Below are positions 32,302 through 40,677 of a stretch of DNA of 64,000 nt, one piece after another. Both the position numbers and the translations under genes were made by a program. The notes under the pieces were generated by a model. The model was given only the letters and a program-made list of their open reading frames with translations. It was not told where the DNA came from and made no database searches. Source of the stretch: Deltaproteobacteria bacterium (GTDB lineage: Bacteria; Myxococcota_A; UBA9160; SMWR01); assembly GCA_032128115.1 (NCBI GenBank), contig JAQBHB010000041.1, positions 96,001 to 160,000 of the forward strand, in the 5' to 3' direction. How positions within the stretch are numbered: the first letter of the stretch is position 1; every line of letters starts with the position of its first letter.

Positions 32302-33363
32302 GTGACCCACTCCCTGCACCTGAATGAGGAAAACCTTCCTGATTACTTGAGATCTGTAGGTTTTATCCCCCAGTCTCAGGAAGTACGGATCGAGAGCGCA
32401 GGAGACGGCAACATCAACTGGGTGCGCCGGGTCTGTTGCCACCCCGAGGGCGGCTCCTGGGTGGTGAAGCAGGCGCGGCCTGCACTGGAGCGCTTTCCCG
32501 AGTACCGGGTTTCCACCGAGCGGCTGCTGTTCGAGGCCCGCTACCTGGAGACGGCCCGGGCCTTCGATGCGGCAGGCGTGCTGGTGGGCGTCGTGTGGTT
32601 CGATCCCGACGCGCGAGTGCTCATCCTCGAGGACCTGGTGGCATGCCCCCGGCTCTCCAGCGTCCTGGCTGGGGGCCAGGCGGGACTTCCCCGGGCCCGC
32701 GAGTGCGCCAGGGCGCTGGGGGCGTTCCTGGGCGCCGTACACGCGGGAACCCGCGACCCGGGGCTATCCGAGCGCTTCGCCAACCAGGAGATGCAGGGCC
32801 TGCACGGCGACCACATCTTCGTGCTCCCCTTTCGGGAGAACGACTTTCCCCTCTCGCCCGCCCTTGCCGATCGCGCGCGCCGTACACGGGGCGACCGCTC
32901 TCTGGTGAAGACGATCGACGCGGCCCATGCGCGCTACCTCGAGCCCGTGGGCGCGCTGGTACACGGTGATGTCCAACCCGACAACGTGTTGGTTGGAGAA
33001 CGCGGGCCGAAGCTGCTGGATGCGGAGATCGCCCACGTGGGCGACCCGGCCTTCGACGTGGGAACGTTGCTAGCGCACCTGCTGCTTCCGTCGCTGGCCG
33101 CGGGCGAGCCCGGACTCGCGGCGACCTGCCTCGATTCAGCATGGAGCGCCTACACCGAATCGCACGGAAGCCAGGCCCTGGCGGGTTTCGCACAGGTGGC
33201 CCGCTACGCGGGCATCGAGTTGTTGCGGCGAACCCTGGGCGCCGCCCGCGTCGAAGCCGTCGCCCGCGACGAAGCCGGGCTGGCGGTAGTGGCCGCCGGA
33301 ATCCGCCTGGTGACGACCCCCCCGGAATCCCCGGACGAAATGATCTCGATCGCGTCCGCCTAG
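32302..33363 (+). CDS. S-methyl-5-thioribose kinase-like phosphotransferase (APH fold)
   Basis: GDGNINWV, VVKQA, HGD..N, LLDAE, GDPAFDVG and G.ELLRR are MtnK-like. Confidence 0.75.
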   Translation: MTHSLHLNEENLPDYLRSVGFIPQSQEVRIESAGDGNINWVRRVCCHPEGGSWVVKQARPALERFPEYRVSTERLLFEARYLETARAFDAAGVLVGVVWFDPDARVLILEDLVACPRLSSVLAGGQAGLPRARECARALGAFLGAVHAGTRDPGLSERFANQEMQGLHGDHIFVLPFRENDFPLSPALADRARRTRGDRSLVKTIDAAHARYLEPVGALVHGDVQPDNVLVGERGPKLLDAEIAHVGDPAFDVGTLLAHLLLPSLAAGEPGLAATCLDSAWSAYTESHGSQALAGFAQVARYAGIELLRRTLGAARVEAVARDEAGLAVVAAGIRLVTTPPESPDEMISIASA

Positions 33364-34184
33364 CCGGCGTCCGCCAGGTCTTCGTCCCACTCTATGCGCT
33401 GGTAGTCGAAATCGCCGCGTTGGATCACGTTGAACTTGATGATCTCGAAGTGGGGCGACAGGTCGAAATCCCGAGGAGTGAGAAGCGTGTAATGGCGCTG
33501 CCGAAACACCCCCGAGCGGGCGCGGCGCCTGCGAAGCCATCGCAACGGAAATCGCGAGGGCTCCACCAATGCCGCGCTCCGCTCCGGAAACGTCACTGAA
33601 GGCAGCACGGGAAAGCCCACCTGGTGGAAGAGCCGGCCCAGCAGGCTGGTGCAGATCACGTCGGAGGCGACGCCACTGCCGAGTCGCTCGACCCGCCGGC
33701 GATAGCGACCGGGAAACAACGAAAGCAGCACCGCGTGACGCGCAAGATCGAAGACGTTGCGGATGTCGTAGCGCCAGCCCACGGCCGCAATACCGTCATC
33801 GAGTATCGTCTGCAGGTGCTCCGCGCGCAGCCGGTTCGGCCGACATAGGCGAACGTTGGAATCCGCGTACTTGCGCAGAGGTGTGACGACGACGCCCTCG
33901 TAGAGCGCCTCCACCAGCAGGTGGCGAGCATCCTCGCCGAACTCCTGCAACGCGCGCGCGCGCCCCTCGCCCCCGCGCCGGATGAGTTCGTCGCCGATGT
34001 AGAGCGTCGCGTGCGACCACGAGCTCTGGGTCAGGTACTTGACCATCGCGGAGACGCGAAGGTCTCCATCTACCAGGAGCACGTCGCCCTTGCGGATGTT
34101 CCGCTCCAGGGCGTCGTAGTCGGTGAAGCCCCGACGCTCGTAGTGGCCCACGGGCTTCTGCAGGAAGTCTGCGAGGAGCGCCAT
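33360..34184 (-). CDS. Permuted papain-like amidase (YiiX/YebB-like NlpC/P60)
   Basis: GDVLLV, TQSSWSH, YD, ICTSL and PRDFDLSP. Start uncertain (34184, 34268 or a nearby TTG). Confidence 0.8.
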   Translation of the reverse strand: MALLADFLQKPVGHYERRGFTDYDALERNIRKGDVLLVDGDLRVSAMVKYLTQSSWSHATLYIGDELIRRGGEGRARALQEFGEDARHLLVEALYEGVVVTPLRKYADSNVRLCRPNRLRAEHLQTILDDGIAAVGWRYDIRNVFDLARHAVLLSLFPGRYRRRVERLGSGVASDVICTSLLGRLFHQVGFPVLPSVTFPERSAALVEPSRFPLRWLRRRRARSGVFRQRHYTLLTPRDFDLSPHFEIIKFNVIQRGDFDYQRIEWDEDLADAG

Positions 34185-34266
34185 CAACCAATCGCGAACG
34201 CCCAATTCGTCCTCCCGTGTGGCGGCCGCTCTTGCGGCCCCCGCTGCGCTCCCAGAGAATGTCCCC

Positions 34267-34752
34267 ATGGTCGCGCGTGCGGGATGGAACCTGGCCTTGC
34301 GAAGCGCCCTATGGCTGCTGCTCGCAGGCTGGTTCGGGTCGTGGGCCACGTTCGGGTTCGTGGTGGCCCCAATCGCCTTCAGCGTCCTGCCGAACACCGC
34401 GATCGCCGGGACCCTTGTCGACCCGGTCCTGACGGCGCTCCATCTCTACGGCGCCGCGGCCGGCCTGATCCTGGCGCTGCTCGCCCGGCTGCTCGGGCGC
34501 GGCCCGCTCCTCACGGTCCTGCCGTTGCTGATGAGCGCACTATGCCTCGTCTCCCATTTCGGCGTTTCGCTGCGAATGGATGAGATCAGAGACCAGGCAT
34601 TCGGACCCCAGGGAAACCTCGTGTCCGCAGCCCTGTTCAACCGGCTCCACAGGGTCTCGATGGGCATCTTCATCGGCGTTTCCGCCGCCGTCGTGGCAAT
34701 ACTGCTCCTGCACGTGAAGGCGGAGGCGGGGCGTCCCCCAGCGCCCGAATGA
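34267..34752 (+). CDS. DUF4149 (TMEM205-like) membrane protein
   Basis: FVVAPIAF..LP...AG and F.RLH..S motifs, four TM segments. Confidence 0.8.
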   Translation: MVARAGWNLALRSALWLLLAGWFGSWATFGFVVAPIAFSVLPNTAIAGTLVDPVLTALHLYGAAAGLILALLARLLGRGPLLTVLPLLMSALCLVSHFGVSLRMDEIRDQAFGPQGNLVSAALFNRLHRVSMGIFIGVSAAVVAILLLHVKAEAGRPPAPE

Positions 34753-35025
34753 ACCGGGCCGGGGGGCAGCCAAAGCCCGGAAGCCTTCGAAAAACGGCCA
34801 GAATTTCATAGCTCTGCGGTTGGCACTGGTGTATCCTCTCGCCGGCTAGCCAAATTGATGTTTGTTTCCGGCTAGTTACGAGCAAATAGTGCCTCTGCCG
34901 TCTCGACCCATGTCTCGACCCGCCGGGCCACCCGCGGGAAAGAGCTAGCGGGGTGCGGCCTTGCCAGAACCCGATCGGCGGGATTTCGGGCACCGCGGAG
35001 ACGGGATCGGAGAGGCCGAGATCGG

Positions 35026-35226
35026 ATGGACGTGAAGATCAAAGCCACAGTCGTCTTTGCCGTCTCTTCGGGCGCTCTGGAAGACGCCCTCGCCGAATAT
35101 GATGAGCTGACAGTCGAGGGGCTCCTGCGGGAGATCATCGACAAGGCGATCGCGAGCGACGAGATCACCGCGAAGGTCGATGAGGGTCCCAACACCCTCG
35201 AGGAATACGACCAGATCGGCTCCTGA
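35026..35226 (+). CDS. Small acidic hypothetical protein (66 aa)
   Basis: ATG with GGAGAGG upstream, typical GC3-rich codons, and no overlapping real gene. Confidence 0.75.
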   Translation: MDVKIKATVVFAVSSGALEDALAEYDELTVEGLLREIIDKAIASDEITAKVDEGPNTLEEYDQIGS

Positions 35227-35248
35227 CTCCCGCCCCGCTGCCGGCGGG

Positions 35249-35671
35249 TCAACCGAAAAGTCCCAGCTGCAACGGCATCGCGGGCCGCGGAGGCGGAGGC
35301 TCCGGTGCGCGAGGTGCCGCAGCGGCCGGCCCCGCCAGCGAGCGACCCGGGCGATAAAGGCCCTCGGCCCGCGCGTAATCCAGAAGTTGCAGATAGAACA
35401 CCCTGAAACGCTCGCCGTGGTTGAAGTGCCGCAGGTGTGCCAACTCGTGGCAGAGCGTGTTCACCAGGCTCGAGTATTTCAGCGCCTTGCCCGTCAGCGA
35501 GTGCCTGAGCCGGATCTTGATTCCGCCATCCGCGTAGCAGATGCCGTAGCGATTCTTGACGTTGGCGCGCTCGGCATCGATCGACTTGTACTGGAGGCCG
35601 AAGCGGCCGGCGATCCGCTCGGCATCGCGATTGAGCTGCACGATGAGCTGCTGGGACGTTCTGCGGTCCAC
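35249..35671 (-). CDS. Minimal HEXXH zinc metalloprotease (WLM/Wss1- or YgjP/SprT-like)
   Basis: RYGIC..G.IKIRLR...TLCHELAHLRHFNHG..F. GTG 35671 chosen as start. Confidence 0.8.
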   Translation of the reverse strand: MDRRTSQQLIVQLNRDAERIAGRFGLQYKSIDAERANVKNRYGICYADGGIKIRLRHSLTGKALKYSSLVNTLCHELAHLRHFNHGERFRVFYLQLLDYARAEGLYRPGRSLAGPAAAAPRAPEPPPPRPAMPLQLGLFG

Positions 35672-35749
35672 GGCGAAGCGAGTTTTCCGAGCGCGCCGGT
35701 CGCCGTCAAGCGCGCAGAGGCGGGGTGGCTCGCGTGATATCCTGGGTCC

Positions 35750-36415
35750 ATGTCCGAGCAGCGGATCGCGATCTTTCCCCTCACCCAGGTGGTGCTGTTT
35801 CCGCGCGTGCAGACGCCGCTCCACCTGTTCGAGCCCCGTTACCTGCAGATGGCGGAGCATGTGCTTGCCGGCGACCGCACCGTCGGCATGGTCACGGTCC
35901 CCCCCGAGTACGCGGCCGATATGCAGGGCGACCCGCCGGTCTACCCGGTGGGTTGCGCGGGCCGGATCACCCGGTCACGGCGCCAGCCCGACGGCCGCTT
36001 CCACATCCTGCTCGAGGGAATCCACCGCTTCCGCATCGCCCGCGAGCCTGCGCGCCCCGAGGACCAGTTCTACCGGGTGGCCGAGATCGTTCGCCTGGAG
36101 GATGTCTACGATTCCGCCGACGCCCCCCGGATCGGGAAGCTGCGCGCCCAGGTGATCGAGCAGGTGCGAACCCTGGTGGGCCGTTCCCGAGCCGGCCGGG
36201 GAATCGAGATCTCCCCCGCGAGCTTCGAAGCCCTGGACGATCTGGCCTTCGTGAACTCGCTCTGCAACGCGCTCGCCTTCAGCTCCGAAGAGAAGCAGGG
36301 ACTGCTTGAGCTCGACCCCATCCGCGAGCGATTCGAGCGCCTGCAGGCGCTTCTGAGCTTTCGCCTGGCCGAAATCTCCACGCCCGCAGGGCCGGATCCG
36401 GGCGTTATCCACTAG
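35750..36415 (+). CDS. Stand-alone LON substrate-binding (Lon N-terminal) domain protein
   Basis: IFPL..VVLFP....LHLFEPRY..M, DGRF.I...G..RF and EKQ.LLE. Confidence 0.9.
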   Translation: MSEQRIAIFPLTQVVLFPRVQTPLHLFEPRYLQMAEHVLAGDRTVGMVTVPPEYAADMQGDPPVYPVGCAGRITRSRRQPDGRFHILLEGIHRFRIAREPARPEDQFYRVAEIVRLEDVYDSADAPRIGKLRAQVIEQVRTLVGRSRAGRGIEISPASFEALDDLAFVNSLCNALAFSSEEKQGLLELDPIRERFERLQALLSFRLAEISTPAGPDPGVIH

Positions 36416-36669
36416 CTCGGACCAACCGCCGAATTTCTCCGAATAGAGGATAATTTCGCCGAAAAACAGTGGAATCTCGAGATCTACGATTCCGGTCGCA
36501 CCTGGACCCGGGCCGACACCGGGGCTGCGGTGTCGCCTGAGGAGCGGTGGGGAAGTGGCCGGAATCGAATCGCGATTCCGAATGCAAACACCGGTTTCCC
36601 GTCGGAAAATCGGACCTCCACCAGGCGGGGTAGGCACCGGGCCGGGAGCCGGATCGGCCCGTATCGGTC

Positions 36670-36698
36670 TTGCGGAGAAGCGCCAGGCATGGTCTACT
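36670..36698 (+). promoter_or_regulatory. Putative sigma70 promoter of the DnaA-like gene
   Basis: TTGCGG-N17-TCTACT with an extended TG, followed by a GAAA-tetraloop hairpin at 36704-36719. Confidence 0.4.
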
Positions 36699-36770
36699 CG
36701 CGCCTGTCCGAAAGGACAGATGACTGGGGATTCTTCTCAAACAGCCGGAAAATCACTGAGAACGGGAGCC

Positions 36771-38150
36771 ATGATCTCACCCCCCGGGATCTGGGACGGC
36801 GTGCTGCGTCGTCTCGGCACCGAATTGCCGATCTATACCCTCGCGGCGTGGATCGAGCCTCTGAGCGCCGAGCCCGACGGCAATGGGATCCGCCTGGAGT
36901 GCCCGTCGGCACTCCACCGGGATCGGGTGCGCGATCGCCTGCTGCCCCTGATCGAGCGCTGCGTGGCAGCCGAAGCCGGCCTTCCGGTTCCGGTGACCCT
37001 GACGATCAGCGCCCCCCCGGCGCCGAGCCCGGAGCCGGGCGCGACAGCGCTCGCGTCGCGTCCAGAACCCCCGGTCCCGCCCACCGGGAAGGACCGGCGG
37101 CCGGCGCCCGCTCAACGCGCGTTCCCCTACACCTTCGACAGCTTCGTGGTGGGTGCCTGCAACGCCCTGGCCCGTGAGGCGTCGCTGGCAGTGGCTCGCG
37201 GCCGCCAGCAGGCGGCCAATCCCCTCTACCTGGTTTCCCCCTCCGGGCTGGGCAAGACCCACCTGGCGCGGGCGATCTGTGCCGAGGCCCGCGCCGCCGG
37301 CGGCCGAACGCCCATCTACGCGCCGGCGGAAACCTTCACCAACGAGTTCATGGCTTCGATCCGATCCAACCAGATGCCGCGCTTCAAGCGCCGTTTTCGC
37401 AGCGATTGCGAACTGCTGGTAATCGAGGATGTGCAATTCCTGAGCTCGAAGAAGGCAACACAGCTCGAGCTCTTCCACACGGTGGCCCACCTGCTGGATT
37501 CGGGCATCCGGGTGGTCTTCACCGCCGATCGCATGCCCCGCAAGATCACCGACCTGGATGCGCGCCTGAGCTCGCAGATGACGGCCGGCCTGGTTGCCGA
37601 ACTCGACTCGCCCGACGCTTCGGTGCGGCGCGAGATCCTGCGGAGCAAGGCGGCCAGCGGCGGGCTGCGACTGCCCGACGAGTGTCTCGGCCGGCTGGTG
37701 GAAGTGGCCCGCGGCAGCGTGCGGGATCTGGAAAGCGTGCTGATCCAGCTGGCGGCCAGCGCCTCGTTGTTGGGCCGACCCATCGATCTGGAACTCACCG
37801 AGGCGGCGCTGCGCAAGCTCGCGCCGGCGCGGGACGAGCTAGCGCGTCTCGACGTCCGCACGGTGATCGATGTGGTCGCGCGATTCTTCCAGACCACACC
37901 GGAGGCCATGGCATCGCGCTCACGCCGACGTGATGTGTTGCAGCCGCGGCAGCTCGCCATGTACCTGTGCCGCCGCTACACCGACGCCAGCCACGGCACC
38001 ATCGGCCACGCCTTCGGCCGCGATCACCCCTCCGTACGCAACGCCGTCAAGGTGACCGAACGTCGCATCCTGGAGCGCGCGCCGCTCCGCTACCGGATCG
38101 AGGCCCTCTGCGCCCGCCTGGAAGAGCTGCAGCTGCATCGAGCGGGCTGA
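36771..38150 (+). CDS. DnaA-family protein (divergent full-length paralogue, domains I-IV)
   Basis: YTFDSFVVG..N, NPLYL..SGLGKTHL, IEDVQFL, VRDLE and PRQLAMYL..IG..FGRDH. No dnaN, rpmH or gyrB neighbours. Confidence 0.9.
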   Translation: MISPPGIWDGVLRRLGTELPIYTLAAWIEPLSAEPDGNGIRLECPSALHRDRVRDRLLPLIERCVAAEAGLPVPVTLTISAPPAPSPEPGATALASRPEPPVPPTGKDRRPAPAQRAFPYTFDSFVVGACNALAREASLAVARGRQQAANPLYLVSPSGLGKTHLARAICAEARAAGGRTPIYAPAETFTNEFMASIRSNQMPRFKRRFRSDCELLVIEDVQFLSSKKATQLELFHTVAHLLDSGIRVVFTADRMPRKITDLDARLSSQMTAGLVAELDSPDASVRREILRSKAASGGLRLPDECLGRLVEVARGSVRDLESVLIQLAASASLLGRPIDLELTEAALRKLAPARDELARLDVRTVIDVVARFFQTTPEAMASRSRRRDVLQPRQLAMYLCRRYTDASHGTIGHAFGRDHPSVRNAVKVTERRILERAPLRYRIEALCARLEELQLHRAG

Positions 38151-38176
38151 CCTGGTCGCGACGCGGGAAACTCGCG

Positions 38177-39409
38177 CTAGGCGTTGGCGACCTGGCGTTC
38201 CTGCTGGAGGCGCCAGCGGGTGGGGCCTGAGAGTTCTGGTTGCGCCGCCGGCTCCAGGGAGGGCGGGTCCTTCTCCGGGTCCTCGTAGCGGCGCAGGGTC
38301 CCGTAGGTGGTGTTGCGTTCCACCGGGATGCGGCCGATCTCGCGGATCAGGCGGCGCATTTCCTCGGGCGGCAGGTTCTCTCCGAAATCCGATCCCGACT
38401 CGCGGCTGATGGACTCTTCCATCAGGGTGCCGCCCATGTCGTTGGCGCCGGACATCAGGCCCACCTGCGCCAGCTTGGGACCCATCTTCACCCACGAAAC
38501 CTGGATGTTCTGGATCCACGGGCGCAGGAACAGGCGCGCAACCGCCACCAGCCGCACATCCTCGGGCATGGAGGACCCCGGGCGCGCACCCATGTGGTTG
38601 AACAGGATGTTCCTGTCGTGGATGAAGCCCAGGGGAACGAACTCGGTGATGCCGCCTGTCTCCTTCTGGATCTCGCGGAGCAGTGCCAGGTGTGCCGTCA
38701 CGTGGGAGACATTCTCGATGTGGCCGTACATGAGGGTCGAGGTGGAGCGAAGCCCGATGCCGTGGGCGGCCTTCACGATCTCGACCCAGCGGTCGCGACC
38801 GAGCTTGCGGGGCGATATCACGTTGCGGACTTCGTCGTCGAGGATCTCGGCAGCAGTGCCTGGCATGGTGCCCAGGCCCGCGTCCACCAGCCAGCGCAGG
38901 TAGTCCGGAAGCTGCATGTCGCTCTTGCGATGCCCGAAGTCGATCTCCTCGGGCGAGAAGGCGTGGATGTGCACGTCCGGGAACGCACGCTTGAGCTCGG
39001 TCAGGATCTCCCGGTAGTGGGTGTGGTCCTTGTTGGGGTGGATGCCGCCCTGGATGCAGAACTCGGTGGCGCCCCGGGCCACGGCGTCTCGCCCCTTGCC
39101 GATCAGCACCTCCATGGGGTGGTCGTAGGCATCGGCGTCGTCCTTGTGGCGCGAGAAGCCGCAGAACGAGCAGCCCACGTAGCAGACGTTGGTGAAGTTC
39201 ATGTTGCGGTTGATCACGAAAGTGACGTCGTCGCCCTTGTCCTCGCGCCGGGCCACGTCGGCAGCGCGCATCAGGGCAAACAGGTCGGCGCCCTGGGCTT
39301 CGAGAAGCCGCGTCGCCTCGGGCCCGGCCAGCTCCCGGCCCGATAGCGCGCCGTCGAGGATGCGGGCCACATGGGGGTCCACCCCGGAAAACAGGCGTTC
39401 GAGGGTCAT
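38177..39409 (-). CDS. cofH: FO synthase subunit CofH (radical SAM)
   Basis: NRNMNFTNVCYVGCSFCGF, CIQGGIHP, MPGTAAEIL, FVPLGF and NIQVSWVK. Adjacent to cofG. Confidence 0.9.
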   Translation of the reverse strand: MTLERLFSGVDPHVARILDGALSGRELAGPEATRLLEAQGADLFALMRAADVARREDKGDDVTFVINRNMNFTNVCYVGCSFCGFSRHKDDADAYDHPMEVLIGKGRDAVARGATEFCIQGGIHPNKDHTHYREILTELKRAFPDVHIHAFSPEEIDFGHRKSDMQLPDYLRWLVDAGLGTMPGTAAEILDDEVRNVISPRKLGRDRWVEIVKAAHGIGLRSTSTLMYGHIENVSHVTAHLALLREIQKETGGITEFVPLGFIHDRNILFNHMGARPGSSMPEDVRLVAVARLFLRPWIQNIQVSWVKMGPKLAQVGLMSGANDMGGTLMEESISRESGSDFGENLPPEEMRRLIREIGRIPVERNTTYGTLRRYEDPEKDPPSLEPAAQPELSGPTRWRLQQERQVANA

Positions 39410-40644
39410 GCGGCCTCCACGTGTGCGGACCCGGAGCGCGGCTTCGCGTAGCCGTCGGGGCCTGCAAATCCCAGTGCTTTCTCGCGCACGCGATCGTCGA
39501 AGAATTCCGGATGCTCGAGCAACGTCTCCGGATACACGGGCAGGCGCTCCACCAGCTCGTGACCGGCAGATTGCGTCCGCCGCTGCAACTCGCGGAAGCT
39601 GGGCCAGGGCGCTTCGGGGTTGATGAAGTCGACGGTCAGCGGCGACACGCCGCCCCAGTCGTTGAGGCCCGAGCGCAGCAGCAGCTCCAGCATCTCGGGA
39701 GCCAGGTTCGGCGGCGCCTGTACGTTCTGGTCGGGCCCCAGCACCAGGCGGGCCATGGCCACCCAACCCGCCACCTCTTCGTCGGGCAGCGGCGAGGCCG
39801 CGCGCATGGCCGTTCCGGGCTTCGGGTGGAAGGGCTGGATGATGGCCTCCTGGATATGACCGTACTCGTCCGAGACGTCGCGGATCGCCAGCAGCGTGTC
39901 GACGCGCTCGTCGGAATTCTCACCGATTCCCAGCAACATGCCGGTGGTGAAGGGGATGCGCAGCTCGCCCGCCTCCCGGTGCATGCGCAGGCGGACAGCC
40001 GGATCCTTGTCGGGCGCGTAGAAGTGGGGCATGCCGCGCGCGCGCAGGCGCGGGCTCACATTTTCGAGCATGAGACCCATCGAGGCATTCCAGGGTCGCA
40101 AGCGCGCCATCTCCTCCACACTGAGGATTCCCGCGTTGGTGTGGGGCAGCAGGCCGCCCTCGAAGGCAATCCGGCAGCCCTCCACCAGATAATCGGCTGT
40201 GGATGCGAAGCCGCGCTGCTCGAGCCAATCGCGGTGGGAGCGGTAGGCCCTTTCGGGCTTGTCGCCCAGGCAGAAGAGCGCCTCGATGCAGCCGGTGCGC
40301 ACACCACCGCGCACCGCCTCCGCAACCTCCTCGAGCGAATAGGTGTGGGCCTCTGGCGAATCGGGGAGCTTGGCAAACGTGCAGTAGGCGCAGCGGTCGC
40401 GGCACAGATTCGTGAGCGGCACGAAGATGTTGCGCGACACGCTGACGACGTCGCCCACGCCCCGGCGCCGGCTCTCGCAGGCGCCTTCCAGCACGGACTC
40501 GCGCACGGATTCGTTGGCCAGCTGGGCGCCCAGGCGCAGGGCCGGCTCGCGCTCCAGCTGGCCGGAATCCACGGCTTCGGCAACCAGCCGTTCGGCCTCG
40601 GAGCGGTTCAACGGGTTCGCGCAATGGGAGGGGAGGGGGGACAA
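39406..40644 (-). CDS. cofG: FO synthase subunit CofG (radical SAM)
   Basis: FVPLTNLCRDRCAYCTF, LLPHTNAG, SMGLMLE, QAPPNL and DWGGVSP..NPEAPWP. Confidence 0.92.
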   Translation of the reverse strand: MSPLPSHCANPLNRSEAERLVAEAVDSGQLEREPALRLGAQLANESVRESVLEGACESRRRGVGDVVSVSRNIFVPLTNLCRDRCAYCTFAKLPDSPEAHTYSLEEVAEAVRGGVRTGCIEALFCLGDKPERAYRSHRDWLEQRGFASTADYLVEGCRIAFEGGLLPHTNAGILSVEEMARLRPWNASMGLMLENVSPRLRARGMPHFYAPDKDPAVRLRMHREAGELRIPFTTGMLLGIGENSDERVDTLLAIRDVSDEYGHIQEAIIQPFHPKPGTAMRAASPLPDEEVAGWVAMARLVLGPDQNVQAPPNLAPEMLELLLRSGLNDWGGVSPLTVDFINPEAPWPSFRELQRRTQSAGHELVERLPVYPETLLEHPEFFDDRVREKALGFAGPDGYAKPRSGSAHVEAA

Positions 40645-40677
40645 GGGGGATCCTCTCCTGGTTGCCGGGATCCTACC

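Noticed and set aside
34266..34269. Divergent genes sharing a CATG start palindrome
   Set aside because: The NlpC/P60 gene more plausibly starts downstream (34184 or a nearby TTG), leaving room for promoters.
34820..34837. TTGGCAC as a second sigma54 promoter
   Set aside because: The -12 position reads TC instead of the required GC.
36416..36770. Chromosomal origin (oriC) next to the DnaA-like gene
   Set aside because: No cluster of TTATCCACA boxes (one 8/9 match only), no clear AT-rich unwinding element, and no dnaN/gyrB/rpmH context.
38177..39409. MqnC/MqnE (futalosine pathway) instead of CofH
   Set aside because: It is directly coupled to cofG and has CofH-type MPGTAAEIL and NIQVSWVK motifs.
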